A DNA stretch of 64,000 bases from Savitreella phatthalungensis. Taxonomy: Eukaryota. A program made the translations under genes and the position numbers. The notes beneath the pieces are model-generated. The model was given only the letters and a program-made list of their open reading frames with translations, was not told where the DNA came from and did not search any database. Shown one piece after another: positions 10,061-20,845 of the stretch. The first letter of the stretch is position 1; each line of letters opens with the position of its first letter. Location of the stretch: assembly GCA_051599415.1 (NCBI GenBank), contig AP039699.1:310001-374000 (forward strand), written 5' to 3'.

Positions 10061-13000
10061 CTAATTGGGTTCCTCGGGAGCTGGCAGCTCTGCAAGACTA
10101 GTGGGATCGCCTCCTTGAGTAATCACTCCTGCTGCTGATGAGTCATCATCTTCGTGATCATCGACGATGTCGCCACCGACGACCAGATCCAATGATGTCT
10201 CCTCGAGCTCCGTGTACACCGCGTTAAAGAGAGCGACTCTGTCGGAATCGGACTCGCCCCGACGCCACGCTGCCTCGAGACGTTGTGGGATGGGGATGTC
10301 GGGCTTCCGGACTGCTTGACGGGAGTCCTTGTGCGCTTTGCTCGGGTCATAGGCGGCAAGGAGGGCAGACTTGATGCCGTACAGGCGCTGGAGGAAGGGC
10401 GCGAGTTGGAGCGCGAGAGCTAGAATTGCAGCCGCCCGAGCGAGTTGCGTGTTGACTGATCCCAAGGGCTCGTCACGCAGGATCGACGCAAGTTGGATGG
10501 CGGCATCGCTCGCGCCCTTGTTGATGCCTGAGATGATGAGCATGACTTCTTCGTGCAGCGAGAAGTCGAGGCAGGCAAGATCGTGGGCGATCAGTTTAGC
10601 ATACGCCACCTGACTCTCGCTTAGATCGAACGTCGACTCTGATGATGTCAACGCATCAATATCAACGTGGAAAGCACGCCCAATAGCTTGAAGGAACTTC
10701 TTGCGCGACTTACGTCTGTGGCGAACGATGCTGTAGACCGGTGTTATAAGCGCGTGGCTATGTGTGACCGCGGTACCGAGTTGTTGAACCGTACTGCGGC
10801 AGTACTGTGTGGCGAGTTTGAGACCGTCGATATAACGGTCATCAACTTGCGATTCATGGCGCTCATGAACCGTGCGTAGCAGAGATAGTGCGGATTCTTG
10901 CAGAACAGGGTCATCACTGAACGTGAGCGCTACGACATGAGCAGTACACAGGCGTGGCGAAACGAGTAGACCTGTCAGAATCAGACTGATGAGTTCCAAT
11001 GAAACGAGGCCAAGCTTTGCCTCGTAAGCCAGAGCTGCTTGCAGAATGATTGGTAAGTAGTGCTGCGCGAGTGAGGTACCGACGGCCTCATCAATCACAG
11101 GCAGGTTTGAGCCGGTGAGCTGCTGTTGGCGCTTCCGCTTCGCATCGACTGGCGCGTCCTTCTTGAACACGCGCTTCGACGCTAACAGAGCTTCGTCCGG
11201 GTTTCTCTCAGCATCAGTCTGCAGGTAATCACGAAGAATTGAGAGCACTGCCAAGGAGAGATCCGGTCGAGGACTGGCCGCACAAAGGTCCAACGCATCC
11301 ATCGCACTTTTTTCGAGGAACAGTCGCGGAGAGGCGATACACACATTGCCAAGCGCTTGAATTGCAGCCCTTTGCAGGCGGAAATCGTCCTTGTCGGCAG
11401 CACTGTGGACGAACGTGGTTGCTAACGACGCCATGCGTGCCGATACAGCCTGAGCATCTGAAGCGTCCAGCGTCGAGAGAGGGAATGTGGAGTTGCGGAT
11501 GGGCAAAAACCTGCCAAGTAGACCCATAATGGAAAGCAACAGGACCGCTTCCGTCGATGTCGGCACCCGACCGTCCTTCTCCGTCTTGGAAAGTGATATC
11601 AAGCACGTCTTGAGAACGTGCACGACTTTGGTGTAATCCCTGTTGAGAGCGACGGCCCGACAAAGACATGGCAGCAAAGCGCTCAGTGTTACCATGCCAA
11701 CGCGCGTCAGTTGAGGCACAATGGCAGCCTCGATGCCGACCAGGAAGTCTTTCGGAGCAGTGTCGGCGCGGCGCAGAATTCGAGTCAGGATGTCAGCGAC
11801 ATGGACGGGAAGAGCTGCATCTGCCTTTCCGATGTTTGCTGGGGAGAGGAAGAGACGCAACGGTTCTACGTCGGATATTGTCAGGTGCTGTGGTACACTC
11901 TTAGCGAGACCACGAAGCAGCAGTATGTTGGACAGTGTCTCAGCCTCGTTAACCTCATCGTTCAAGATGTGCTGCACCGCAAGCTTTGCAATGACCTGGA
12001 AGAGCAAGCTGAATGATAAATGTGACGAATCGGTCTTTGCAGTTTCGTCCAGCTTGTGTAGGAGGCTTTGCAGATCAGTCTGCTGACGATCTTCAACCGT
12101 GCGGAACATGTATGCTAGACGCCGACGGCTTGCCTCTAGGAGAGCTTTCTCCTGTGGCAGCTTGCGTGCTAATTGTTCGTTCAGATCTGATTCGGCGTCG
12201 AGCTTGACAGATGTTGCGAAGATGTGCTCGAAAGCGGCAACGGCGCTCGATTGAATCGACTCCTCCTCATCGCCGACAGCACGGAGCAGGAGGCGTGCGA
12301 TGCGATCGCGTAGGTCATCGCGTGAATCAGCAGCAAATAAGTCGCGCATGAGACGGACGATACGTTTGCGGACGCTCAGCGCAGGGTCTTGCATTCGACT
12401 GCCAATCAAGTCGAGGAAATAGTCTGCGTGGGTCGAGTCGCTAGCGATGTATTTGCCCAGTAGTTCGAGTGCGCTATCGCGGACTTGTGGAGATGGATCG
12501 ACGAGCAGATCGCTGATCTTTGTCTGTACGGCCTTGTAGCCCAGAATGTCGACATCGATGTCAGCCAGGGTTGATAAAGTTCGTAATGCCTTTGAGCGGA
12601 GAGTGATGAGAGGATGCTCGATGACTGTGAGGATGCGCGGTATGACGAGCTCGAAGAGCTTGAACAGACCTGATAGGCGTAAGAAGTCGAGCCAAATCTT
12701 CTCGGTGGCGAGTCTGCGCTCAGTATCCAACTTGTCAGTCTCAAATGGGTCAACATCTGCGAGAAGATCGTATATAGCTTGAGCGTTCTCGAGTGGCTTA
12801 TCTGCATCACCGATGAGAATCTTGGATGAGCTGACGACAGCAGAGGTGACAATGTAATGTGCACCTGCCTGCAAGCGCGATGGGAATGTGCGATCACTGA
12901 CCCATTCCAACAGATTGCTCAGCTCTTTTCCGCTGATGTTGGGGTCTGCGTCGTGGTCTGCGACAAGTGCTTGTGCGCGGAGATTGGCAGCAAGCTTACT

Positions 13001-14845
13001 CAGATGATCGAGCACCGTAGCCTTAGCGAAGGCTCCGAGATCCTTGCGGTCAAGTGCTTGACAGAGAAGCACAAAGAGCGCGCGGATGTACGCATCTGCT
13101 CCAGGATGACTCGGCAGAGTGTAGAGCTGAACTACATCGTCACAAAACGCCGTAAAAAGTGATTGGGCAGACGTGGCTTCCTTTGCATCGTCCTTGGTCG
13201 CTGCAAGTGCGTTGCCGAGCAGGTACGAAACGACGGTGGCGGCTGTCTCTTCTGCGCTGGCTTTGGTCTGCGTCGCGCGTGTGACAAGGTTCGACTCGGC
13301 ATCATTGTTGACATGCTCCGGAATTAGCGCACAGGCCTGTACGAGATCAATGAGGAGGACTGTGGTGTGGCGGATGAAGAATGGCGGACGTCCTTCTGCG
13401 CCGGAAATTCTGACGACGTTGTTCGAGGTTAAAGACGACGGCAGACGTTTGAGGCTTGCAAGGACTTCATGCCTGATGAAGCTGCGTTGTGATGGCTTCC
13501 GCGCAAAGAGGATGAAAAGGAGGCGGTGGGCGAGCGCCCTGAGTCTACTCAATTGACTTTTGTCCGCCAGAGCAGAATCTTTAGACGGCGTTGTGTCCGC
13601 AAAGAATAGGTCAAGCGCGAGGAACTCTGCGCGAGAAACAACGTCATCCGATAGGTCACTCGCTGCGAGCACGTGTGTCATGACGTCCATCATTTCAAGA
13701 TGACTCTGAAGGACTGCACGCGCCTTTTGCGCCTGATCTGACTGCATCTTCGGAGGCATTGGCATGGTCATCCATAGTAGATGTGTCGATTCGAGATTGT
13801 TCTTCAGGGCTTCAAAGAGGTTTAACAGAAGCTCCTCGGTCACGCCGGTGTCTGTATCGGTGGAGACGTTTGCCAGGAGCAGCAGTATACACTTGCATGC
13901 ATTTGCCGAGTCATTGGTCTGCGCCATTCCGCGGAACCAGGATGCCTGAGCTTCTTCATTGGCATCCTCTGTGAGCACTATCAGTTCGATCGTGGCAACA
14001 CAACGTTGCAAGATAGACAACAAGCGAGATGCCTGGAGAATCTCGAGCACGCCCGTGCTGGTGAGCGTCAATCGAATAGCATAGAGGAGTCGGTCTAAGG
14101 CTTCGGTCGTTAGTGTGGCGTTCTCGTCGCTGGAAATGAAGAGATCCGAGCTTTCGGCGGAATCCGCTTGTTCATCAGCACTCAGGCGGTCATCGGCATC
14201 GAAGATCTTTGTCACAAGCTCTTGTAAGCTCCGCGTGGTTCTGTCGTCCTGTGGCTCTTCTGAAATTGTGGACGTTTGGGCTGACGCTCGAGCTTTCTTC
14301 TGTGTCTTCTCGACCTTTTGCCGCTTCTTCGGCGGCTGACCTTGTGGCGCTGGCTCAGCTGGCAGTGGATCTTCCACTTTCGTTCGGAACGTCAGAACTG
14401 GACTTAGAGGCTGTTGCCTGGGGACTGGTTCGGACTTGTGACGCGCAGGCTCAGGGAAGGTGTTCTGTCCGGATGCCTGCTGCAGACTTTCGAAACGTGA
14501 CAACAGCTGCGACACTTCTCTTGCACGGAAATGCTCTGCCCCGGGCTTGATAGAAGGATTTTGAATCCTCAAGAATGTGGCATGCGCCAGCACGTCGTTT
14601 GTTTGCTCGCGGCGATGGCTGGTGCGGAAGCTGGCCATGTTCAATGCTGCGCGTTCGAGAAGAGCATTCGTTAGCTGCGCAGTGAGCGGCTGTCCATCGT
14701 CAGGCAAGTAGATCGGCGGCACATCGTTCACATGCAGCGTTGTCCTCAGAGGCGGTATACTGCGGGCGACTGAATCGAGCGACAAGGCTGACAAGAGTGG
14801 CGTACATGCCAGCATCTTGTCCAGCTTATCATCGCCTGGATCCAT
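10061..14845 (-). CDS. SCC2: Cohesin loader subunit Scc2/Mis4/NIPBL
   Basis: 1594-aa HEAT-rich ORF with LRSKALRTL, DPSPQVRDSALELLGKY, DPALSVRKRIV, LAQHYL and RKKFL motifs. Confidence 0.9.
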   Translation of the reverse strand: MDPGDDKLDKMLACTPLLSALSLDSVARSIPPLRTTLHVNDVPPIYLPDDGQPLTAQLTNALLERAALNMASFRTSHRREQTNDVLAHATFLRIQNPSIKPGAEHFRAREVSQLLSRFESLQQASGQNTFPEPARHKSEPVPRQQPLSPVLTFRTKVEDPLPAEPAPQGQPPKKRQKVEKTQKKARASAQTSTISEEPQDDRTTRSLQELVTKIFDADDRLSADEQADSAESSDLFISSDENATLTTEALDRLLYAIRLTLTSTGVLEILQASRLLSILQRCVATIELIVLTEDANEEAQASWFRGMAQTNDSANACKCILLLLANVSTDTDTGVTEELLLNLFEALKNNLESTHLLWMTMPMPPKMQSDQAQKARAVLQSHLEMMDVMTHVLAASDLSDDVVSRAEFLALDLFFADTTPSKDSALADKSQLSRLRALAHRLLFILFARKPSQRSFIRHEVLASLKRLPSSLTSNNVVRISGAEGRPPFFIRHTTVLLIDLVQACALIPEHVNNDAESNLVTRATQTKASAEETAATVVSYLLGNALAATKDDAKEATSAQSLFTAFCDDVVQLYTLPSHPGADAYIRALFVLLCQALDRKDLGAFAKATVLDHLSKLAANLRAQALVADHDADPNISGKELSNLLEWVSDRTFPSRLQAGAHYIVTSAVVSSSKILIGDADKPLENAQAIYDLLADVDPFETDKLDTERRLATEKIWLDFLRLSGLFKLFELVIPRILTVIEHPLITLRSKALRTLSTLADIDVDILGYKAVQTKISDLLVDPSPQVRDSALELLGKYIASDSTHADYFLDLIGSRMQDPALSVRKRIVRLMRDLFAADSRDDLRDRIARLLLRAVGDEEESIQSSAVAAFEHIFATSVKLDAESDLNEQLARKLPQEKALLEASRRRLAYMFRTVEDRQQTDLQSLLHKLDETAKTDSSHLSFSLLFQVIAKLAVQHILNDEVNEAETLSNILLLRGLAKSVPQHLTISDVEPLRLFLSPANIGKADAALPVHVADILTRILRRADTAPKDFLVGIEAAIVPQLTRVGMVTLSALLPCLCRAVALNRDYTKVVHVLKTCLISLSKTEKDGRVPTSTEAVLLLSIMGLLGRFLPIRNSTFPLSTLDASDAQAVSARMASLATTFVHSAADKDDFRLQRAAIQALGNVCIASPRLFLEKSAMDALDLCAASPRPDLSLAVLSILRDYLQTDAERNPDEALLASKRVFKKDAPVDAKRKRQQQLTGSNLPVIDEAVGTSLAQHYLPIILQAALAYEAKLGLVSLELISLILTGLLVSPRLCTAHVVALTFSDDPVLQESALSLLRTVHERHESQVDDRYIDGLKLATQYCRSTVQQLGTAVTHSHALITPVYSIVRHRRKSRKKFLQAIGRAFHVDIDALTSSESTFDLSESQVAYAKLIAHDLACLDFSLHEEVMLIISGINKGASDAAIQLASILRDEPLGSVNTQLARAAAILALALQLAPFLQRLYGIKSALLAAYDPSKAHKDSRQAVRKPDIPIPQRLEAAWRRGESDSDRVALFNAVYTELEETSLDLVVGGDIVDDHEDDDSSAAGVITQGGDPTSLAELPAPEEPN

Positions 14846-15138
14846 GGCAGCGCCGTCAACGCATCAACGCAAGCATACCAATCTATCAGCACCCCTCAAA
14901 CATAGCTGACAGCACTTGACTGGCCTCGAGAGAGGCAGCGTGAAGACGACGATGTATCAGAGATCGTGGATGGTTGCGCGTGCAACGCTTTTGTGAAGAA
15001 TTCATGGTGTTCAAACGCAAATCTAAAATTAGCAACACTGGCTCCACATCGACACTGTGATCCCTGCACCGTTCAGTCAGCAGGCTATAAGAGGGCATAC
15101 CTCTCCGAAGACTGGCTCATTAGTGTTTGCTCGCGGAG

Positions 15139-16203
15139 ATGAGTGCCTCGTCGGATCTGCAAGAAGCTGACTTGGAGCTGCTTCAGCGTTTCTCGTTGGA
15201 CCGCGTGCTCGCAGCTGATTCTCGGAGCAAGAGTATGTCGGTCGTGGGCACGATTGATGGGCAGATGGCGATTGTCGTAGCAGAGAAGACTGCCTTTGAC
15301 GTGGATCGGGCGGTAGACGCTACGAAAGTCCTGGCTTCACGACTGGGTTTCCACAACGACGTCTACAACACTTTCTTCGCGACGCTCGAACCAGACCTCG
15401 AGAGCGCACCTGCTGTCAAATACATCGTCATCTGGCCAGCGAACGAGACACACCTACAGAAGTATCTGCCACAGAAGAAACGCATGGTTCGTGAGACGGC
15501 GAAAATGTATGAGGAAGTCACAAAACCGTATATCGCTACGAAGCTCGGAGCGCGGATCGCGTGGGTGTACAATATCCTTGATCATAAGAAGGAGGCGGAT
15601 CGGATCGTCTACGAAGATCCTGATCCAGTGAATGGGTTTATTCTGTTGCCTGACCTGTAGGTGGCTCCTGGCAAAGCATCGCGTGAGCCGAAGGGACTGA
15701 CTCTGCTACAGCAAATGGGACTGTACCACGGTCTCGTCACTGTACTTGATCGCCATTGTGCATCGACGGGACATCCACAGCATTCGAGACCTACGTGGCG
15801 AACACTTGGAGTACTTGCGGAAACTGCGCGATCAGTGCTTCAGTGCCGTGGAGGAGAAGTGGGGCGTCAAGCGGTGTCACTTGCGTCTCTGGCTCCACTG
15901 TAAGTTGATCCTGCCGAAGTGCCGCTCAAGGACTCCGCATGACTGACGAATGCAGACCAACCGAGTTATTACCATCTGCATGTGCATGTTCAGACGATCG
16001 AGTATGAAGCGACCGAGGGACTGGCTGCTGGTAAAGCATTCCTGCTTGACGACGTGATTGAAAATCTGTCGCTCGACCCAGATGCATACGCTCAACGGAC
16101 AATCACATATGTGCTGGGAGAGAGCAGTGAGTTGTTTGCTGCATTCACCAAGACCGGCTGCTTAGGTGAAGGGGTTCACAGTTCTGCCTCGTCTGCACCA
16201 TAA
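15139..16203 (+). CDS. DCS1: Scavenger mRNA decapping enzyme DcpS; exons 15139-15656, 15712-15899, 15956-16203
   Basis: AEKTAF, NDVY, WVYNIL, GFILLPDL|KWD, SIRDL, H|YQPSYYHLHVH (HIT variant) after removing introns 15657-15711 and 15900-15955. Confidence 0.93.
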
Positions 16204-16904
16204 TCGTCGCCGTCATCTTCGCCATTGTCGAAGTAGTTATCTTCATAATCATCTCCATCATCCTCTTCGTAAGCTGCATCTTCGTCGTCAATCTCGGCCT
16301 CGTCTCCTGACCCGGCTTCTCCAGTGGGTCCTGCACTGTTTGTCACGTCACTATCTACACCTGCTTCGATGCCGTCCGGTCCACCACTACCGAGATGACC
16401 ATCTTCTCCAGAAACCTCTCGCTGGACGGTCATCTCGATGAATTGGCCTACATCGAAGGTCGGCCGTTTCTTTCGCCGCTTGACTCCTTCTGGACCGCGA
16501 ACGACGATATGAAGTTCTTCAGGGATGAATTTCTCGTCGATGTGGATATCCTGCATTGTGAACGCTGCTTTCCGCTTAGGCTTGTATCTATCAGCAAATC
16601 GTTCGATGCCGTCACCTTCGTCTGTGTGCATCTGCTGTGGAGCAAGAACGTAGTATGGGGTGTCGTTCCTGATGGATGAGATGAACTCACTGGCGAGTTT
16701 GACCTGGAGGATTTCTTCGTCCAGTAAAGGCTCCGCGCGTGGAATCCGCCGATCGGGATAGAGTTTCATGGGACGACTGTTGGCTCTAGCAGCTTCCATC
16801 ATGGCTGCAAATTCCTCTCTATGTGCAGCGAGCGGAGGTCCGTTCCCACCTCCCCGACCACCTCCACGGCCTCCACGACCACCACCTCGACCTCTCATCG
16901 ACAT
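16176..16904 (-). CDS. RPC31: RNA polymerase III subunit Rpc31
   Basis: RGG-rich N-terminus, LYP, DGIERFADRY, FIPEEL, acidic tail DDYEDNYFDNGEDD. Confidence 0.88.
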   Translation of the reverse strand: MSMRGRGGGRGGRGGGRGGGNGPPLAAHREEFAAMMEAARANSRPMKLYPDRRIPRAEPLLDEEILQVKLASEFISSIRNDTPYYVLAPQQMHTDEGDGIERFADRYKPKRKAAFTMQDIHIDEKFIPEELHIVVRGPEGVKRRKKRPTFDVGQFIEMTVQREVSGEDGHLGSGGPDGIEAGVDSDVTNSAGPTGEAGSGDEAEIDDEDAAYEEDDGDDYEDNYFDNGEDDGDDYGADEAEL

Positions 16905-17129
16905 GATTGACTTGGTTAGAGCTCGTAAATCACCGCATGGATCGAATGAAAGGGATCAATCAAACAGATCAAAAGCGTGAAAGAGGAGCTCAGGGTAGCA
17001 GATAGAGCAGATCTGTGGTTGTGCTTGAATGGTTTTGGTGAAGTATTATAGCTGTAGAGTTGGTGGATGAGGTGCCTGTGAGGTCAGTCAGTGTCCTGGA
17101 TCACATGTTTGAATCTATCACCTGAAGTG

Positions 17130-17167
17130 CACGTGACAGACAATTCGATTGCTCATCTGCTCACGTG
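17130..17167. promoter_or_regulatory. Two CACGTG (Cbf1/bHLH-type) boxes upstream of sulfite reductase
   Basis: CACGTG at 17130-17135 and 17162-17167 in the RPC31/MET10 divergent spacer. This motif regulates yeast MET genes; function here is inferred. Confidence 0.4.
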
Positions 17168-17551
17168 TTTTTTCGTGATTTCCAGATATTCTGTCGATCA
17201 AATTGAATTTCACTAGCTTTCAATATTGTCAAATCAGAAAAGTTTATAAAAATTTCTCCTCGGATCTGGAATCTAAAATCTGGAACGTATAAAATTTAAA
17301 AGTGCTTTTGCTTACACCATGGATTCTACGCATACTAGCCAAGCAGAGAGAGAGATAGAGATCACTAGCACATACTCTAGGCGATAACATCCTACTGCAC
17401 ACCTACTGCACACTCACCCTTACCAGTGTACCCGGTCTCCTCTCCTGCACTTCCCATACGCATCCTCATCGTTCCTGTCCTATCCTCCCTTCTGTCTGGT
17501 GCTACTTAATCAGAGTCTTCTGCAGCAATTGCATACCTATCTTTGAGAGTC

Positions 17552-20500
17552 ATGGCCAAAGCCCTCGCTGACCTCTCCGGTCCAAGCTATACAGATGGAC
17601 AGAGTCTAGTGGAACAGGTCGCCTTTGTCCTCTCAGACAAGGTCTATTCCTATGGAACTGAAGAACAGCAGCTAGACCTAGCCGTCCAGTCATGGTCATC
17701 TGCAACTGACAAGAATGCATTCGGTCGCGACGTCTCTTTCTCTCGCATGCAGACACGTTCAGGTGCGGCAAGCATGATCCTGGGTGACATCTTCTCACGC
17801 AACGTCGCACTCACGAAGAAGGATGCACCCACTGCAGTCCTCGCTTCATCCTCTTCCCTCATCGCCATGAAGCCAGTGCTCGATCAACTCGCTGCACTCT
17901 ACGACGATGCAACCCCGCTCGTCGCCCACGTCTCATCCCTGGACTTGTCAGCTCGAACCTCAAACTTCGTCTCTGACTACACGCGTGCTCTCCTCCTCAG
18001 CCGTGATGGCCAGTACGCTGTTGTCAACTCTGTCACGACTCACGACACCCAGCACATGGCTCTCCTCGCCACCGCGCTCTCCTCTCAGCTGCCAGCAGTC
18101 CACATTTACGATGGCATCCGCCTCGCAAAGGAGACAACTCGCGTCGGTGACGTCCTTGACAGCAAGAAGCTTGCTGCCGTTTACAGCACACTCGTCAAGC
18201 AGGACAAGGCGCAGATCGCAGACAAGGAGGAGGCTGTGCGCAAGATCGTCTCCGGTCTCAATGCTGAGCTCGGCACAGCTTACGCTCCTTTCGAGTATCA
18301 TGGCCCAGCTGACGCTAAGCACGTGCTCGTCACCTTTGGCTCCCAGGAATCCAGCCTGACAAGGTATCTTGCTCAGCAGACCGACAATGCTGTCGGCGTC
18401 ATCAACGTCCGCATCTATAGGCCGTTCCTTGAGCAGGAGTTCCTTCAGCAGCTTCCAGCCTCCGCATCCCGCGTCAGCGTGCTCGGCCAAGTGCTCCTTG
18501 ACGAGCAGGTCGACGACGTCAATGCTACCTCTGTCCTCTACGGCGATGTTCTCGGCGCAATTGCCATGTCTGATGACTGGTCTGCCAAGCGTCCTGCTGT
18601 GATCGATGTCAAGTATGCACGTGACACGCAATGGACCCTGAGCAAGGTCCAGGCTCTTCTGCAGGCAGTCGCTGCTGGAGACAACAAGATTGACGTTGCA
18701 ACTCTGCCTGAGCTTTCGCAGCAGACACCAATTCCCGCAGCCGATGCTGTCCTCTTCTGGGACTTTGATGAGGCAGTCACCCGCAAGGCTGCAAAGGCAT
18801 TTGTTTCGCGTCTCACAAAGGCAAAGAAGGATAACGTTGCTTCCCTTGAGGTTTACGACAACTATGCCGAGGGAGGTCTTGTTCTTACCGAAGCTCGTAC
18901 CTCGTCCAAGATCGTCGAGCTCTCCTTCCCTGTCGAAGCCGCGCACGCTGTGGTTGTCAATGATACACAGATCCTACGTGCTTACGATGTCACCGGAACG
19001 CTCGCTCATGGCGGCAGCATCGCCATCCGCGCTGAGGCCAAGCCAGAGGATTTCGAGAAGAAGCTTAACGATGGCTTTAAGGTCGGTGTTGCCACCAAGG
19101 ATGCCAAGTTATTCTACTACAGGCCTTCTGCATTTAGCGAGCTCGGTGACGATGAGCAGGCAGTTCTTGCACACCTCGTTGCTGCGCGTGTCGCTTCCTC
19201 CCAGGACCTCGAGGTCTCTGTCATCGAAGCCATCGGCAGCGAGCACTCTGTCTCGTCCGATGCGACTCGCTCGATTGCGGACAAGCTCAAGGAGGAGCTT
19301 CATGCTGTCGAAGTCCCGGCCGAGTGGAAAGAGATTGCCGTCGAGAACGCCTTGCCATCGATCGTGATCCCGAACGCTCTGGCTCCCAACACCGAGAAGG
19401 AGCCAGAGCTTCAGCAGCCGAATCTGACCTCGTGGCAGACGGCCGCTCAGCAGCTCGCATTCAAGGAGGCTTACGCGTACGATTCGACTCTCCGTCCCGA
19501 TCTGGCAGAGCGGACTTGGGAGGTGAGCGTCCAGGCGAACCGCCGCCTGACACCGACCACATACGATCGCAACATTTTCCACATTGAGTTCGACATTACC
19601 GGCACCGGCCTCAAGTATGAGCTCGGTGAATCGCTCGGTGTCCACGGCCACAACGACCCGAAGCAGGTACTTGCATTCCTCCAGCTGTACGGTTTGAATC
19701 CCAACGACCTCGTCCAGGTTCCCAGCCGCACCGATACCTCCGTTTTCGAGACGCGCACCGTTCAGCAGGCATTCGAGCAGAACATCGACCTCTTCGGTCG
19801 TCCTGCCAAGAAGTTCTACGAGTCGCTGGCAACGTATGCGTCTGACGAGAAGCAGCGCAAGGTGCTGTCGTCGCTGAGCACGCCCGAGGGCGCAGTCGAT
19901 TTCAAGCGCCGTGCTGAGGTGGAGACTGTAACCTATGCCGACTTGCTGGAAGAATTCAGCTCCGCTCGTCCACCGCTCGAGGACCTCGTTCAGCTTATCC
20001 CGCCGACGAAGCGTCGCGAATACTCAATCTCGTCATCACAGAAGGTGCACGAGAACAGCGTTCATCTGCTGGTCGTCGTCGTCGACTGGAAGGATCAGCG
20101 CGACCGGGAACGATTCGGTCACTGCACGCGCTACCTGTCGAACCTGGAGATTGGCGAGAAGGTGACGGTGTCACTGAAGCCTTCAGTGATGAAGCTCCCG
20201 CCTCGCCCCGAGCAACCGATCATCATGGCAGGTCTCGGCACGGGTCTCGCACCGTTCAGGGCATTCGTGGAGGAGCGTGCATGGCAGAAGGCTCGTGGCG
20301 AAAAGATTGGTGCAGTGATGCTGTACCTCGGCTCGCGTCACCAGAAGGAGGAATACCTGTACGGCGAGGAGTGGGAAGCTTACAGGGATGCTGGCATCAT
20401 CACCCTCCTTGGTCAAGCCTTCTCTCGCGATCAACCCAAGAAGGTCTACATCCAGGACATTATGCGCAGCACAATCGCAGACATCCAGCAAGCACTCATC

Positions 20501-20674
20501 GGACAAGAAGGGTCATTCTACCTCTGCGGTCCAACCTGGCCAGTTCCAGACGTCCAAGAAGTCCTCGAGGAAGCAATCCGAAACCAAGCAAACCAGGACG
20601 GCAACAAGGTAGAGTCAAACAAGGTCATCGAGGAGCTCAAGGACGCTCACCGGTACGTCCTCGAGGTGTACTAG
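17552..20674 (+). CDS. MET10: Sulfite reductase (NADPH) flavoprotein alpha subunit
   Basis: PFOR-like N-terminal half (VHIYDG, VINVRIYRP), then FNR module NRRLTP..YDRNIFHIEFD, REYSISSS, MAGLGTGLAPFRAF, FYLCGPTWPVPDV, RYVLEVY*. Confidence 0.96.
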   Translation: MAKALADLSGPSYTDGQSLVEQVAFVLSDKVYSYGTEEQQLDLAVQSWSSATDKNAFGRDVSFSRMQTRSGAASMILGDIFSRNVALTKKDAPTAVLASSSSLIAMKPVLDQLAALYDDATPLVAHVSSLDLSARTSNFVSDYTRALLLSRDGQYAVVNSVTTHDTQHMALLATALSSQLPAVHIYDGIRLAKETTRVGDVLDSKKLAAVYSTLVKQDKAQIADKEEAVRKIVSGLNAELGTAYAPFEYHGPADAKHVLVTFGSQESSLTRYLAQQTDNAVGVINVRIYRPFLEQEFLQQLPASASRVSVLGQVLLDEQVDDVNATSVLYGDVLGAIAMSDDWSAKRPAVIDVKYARDTQWTLSKVQALLQAVAAGDNKIDVATLPELSQQTPIPAADAVLFWDFDEAVTRKAAKAFVSRLTKAKKDNVASLEVYDNYAEGGLVLTEARTSSKIVELSFPVEAAHAVVVNDTQILRAYDVTGTLAHGGSIAIRAEAKPEDFEKKLNDGFKVGVATKDAKLFYYRPSAFSELGDDEQAVLAHLVAARVASSQDLEVSVIEAIGSEHSVSSDATRSIADKLKEELHAVEVPAEWKEIAVENALPSIVIPNALAPNTEKEPELQQPNLTSWQTAAQQLAFKEAYAYDSTLRPDLAERTWEVSVQANRRLTPTTYDRNIFHIEFDITGTGLKYELGESLGVHGHNDPKQVLAFLQLYGLNPNDLVQVPSRTDTSVFETRTVQQAFEQNIDLFGRPAKKFYESLATYASDEKQRKVLSSLSTPEGAVDFKRRAEVETVTYADLLEEFSSARPPLEDLVQLIPPTKRREYSISSSQKVHENSVHLLVVVVDWKDQRDRERFGHCTRYLSNLEIGEKVTVSLKPSVMKLPPRPEQPIIMAGLGTGLAPFRAFVEERAWQKARGEKIGAVMLYLGSRHQKEEYLYGEEWEAYRDAGIITLLGQAFSRDQPKKVYIQDIMRSTIADIQQALIGQEGSFYLCGPTWPVPDVQEVLEEAIRNQANQDGNKVESNKVIEELKDAHRYVLEVY

Positions 20675-20845
20675 ACATTAGATAGCTCTATCATTATTGA
20701 TATCAATTTCTACCCAAAGATGCCTGCAAAAATCATTGTATACCGCCATCTGCATTTCGAAGTATGTGCTTGCCTAGTGGAGCCGTGCCCCTATGTGACC
20801 CATGACACAAAAGGGCGAGACTACCCGCTTGCTAGCCGACCACCG

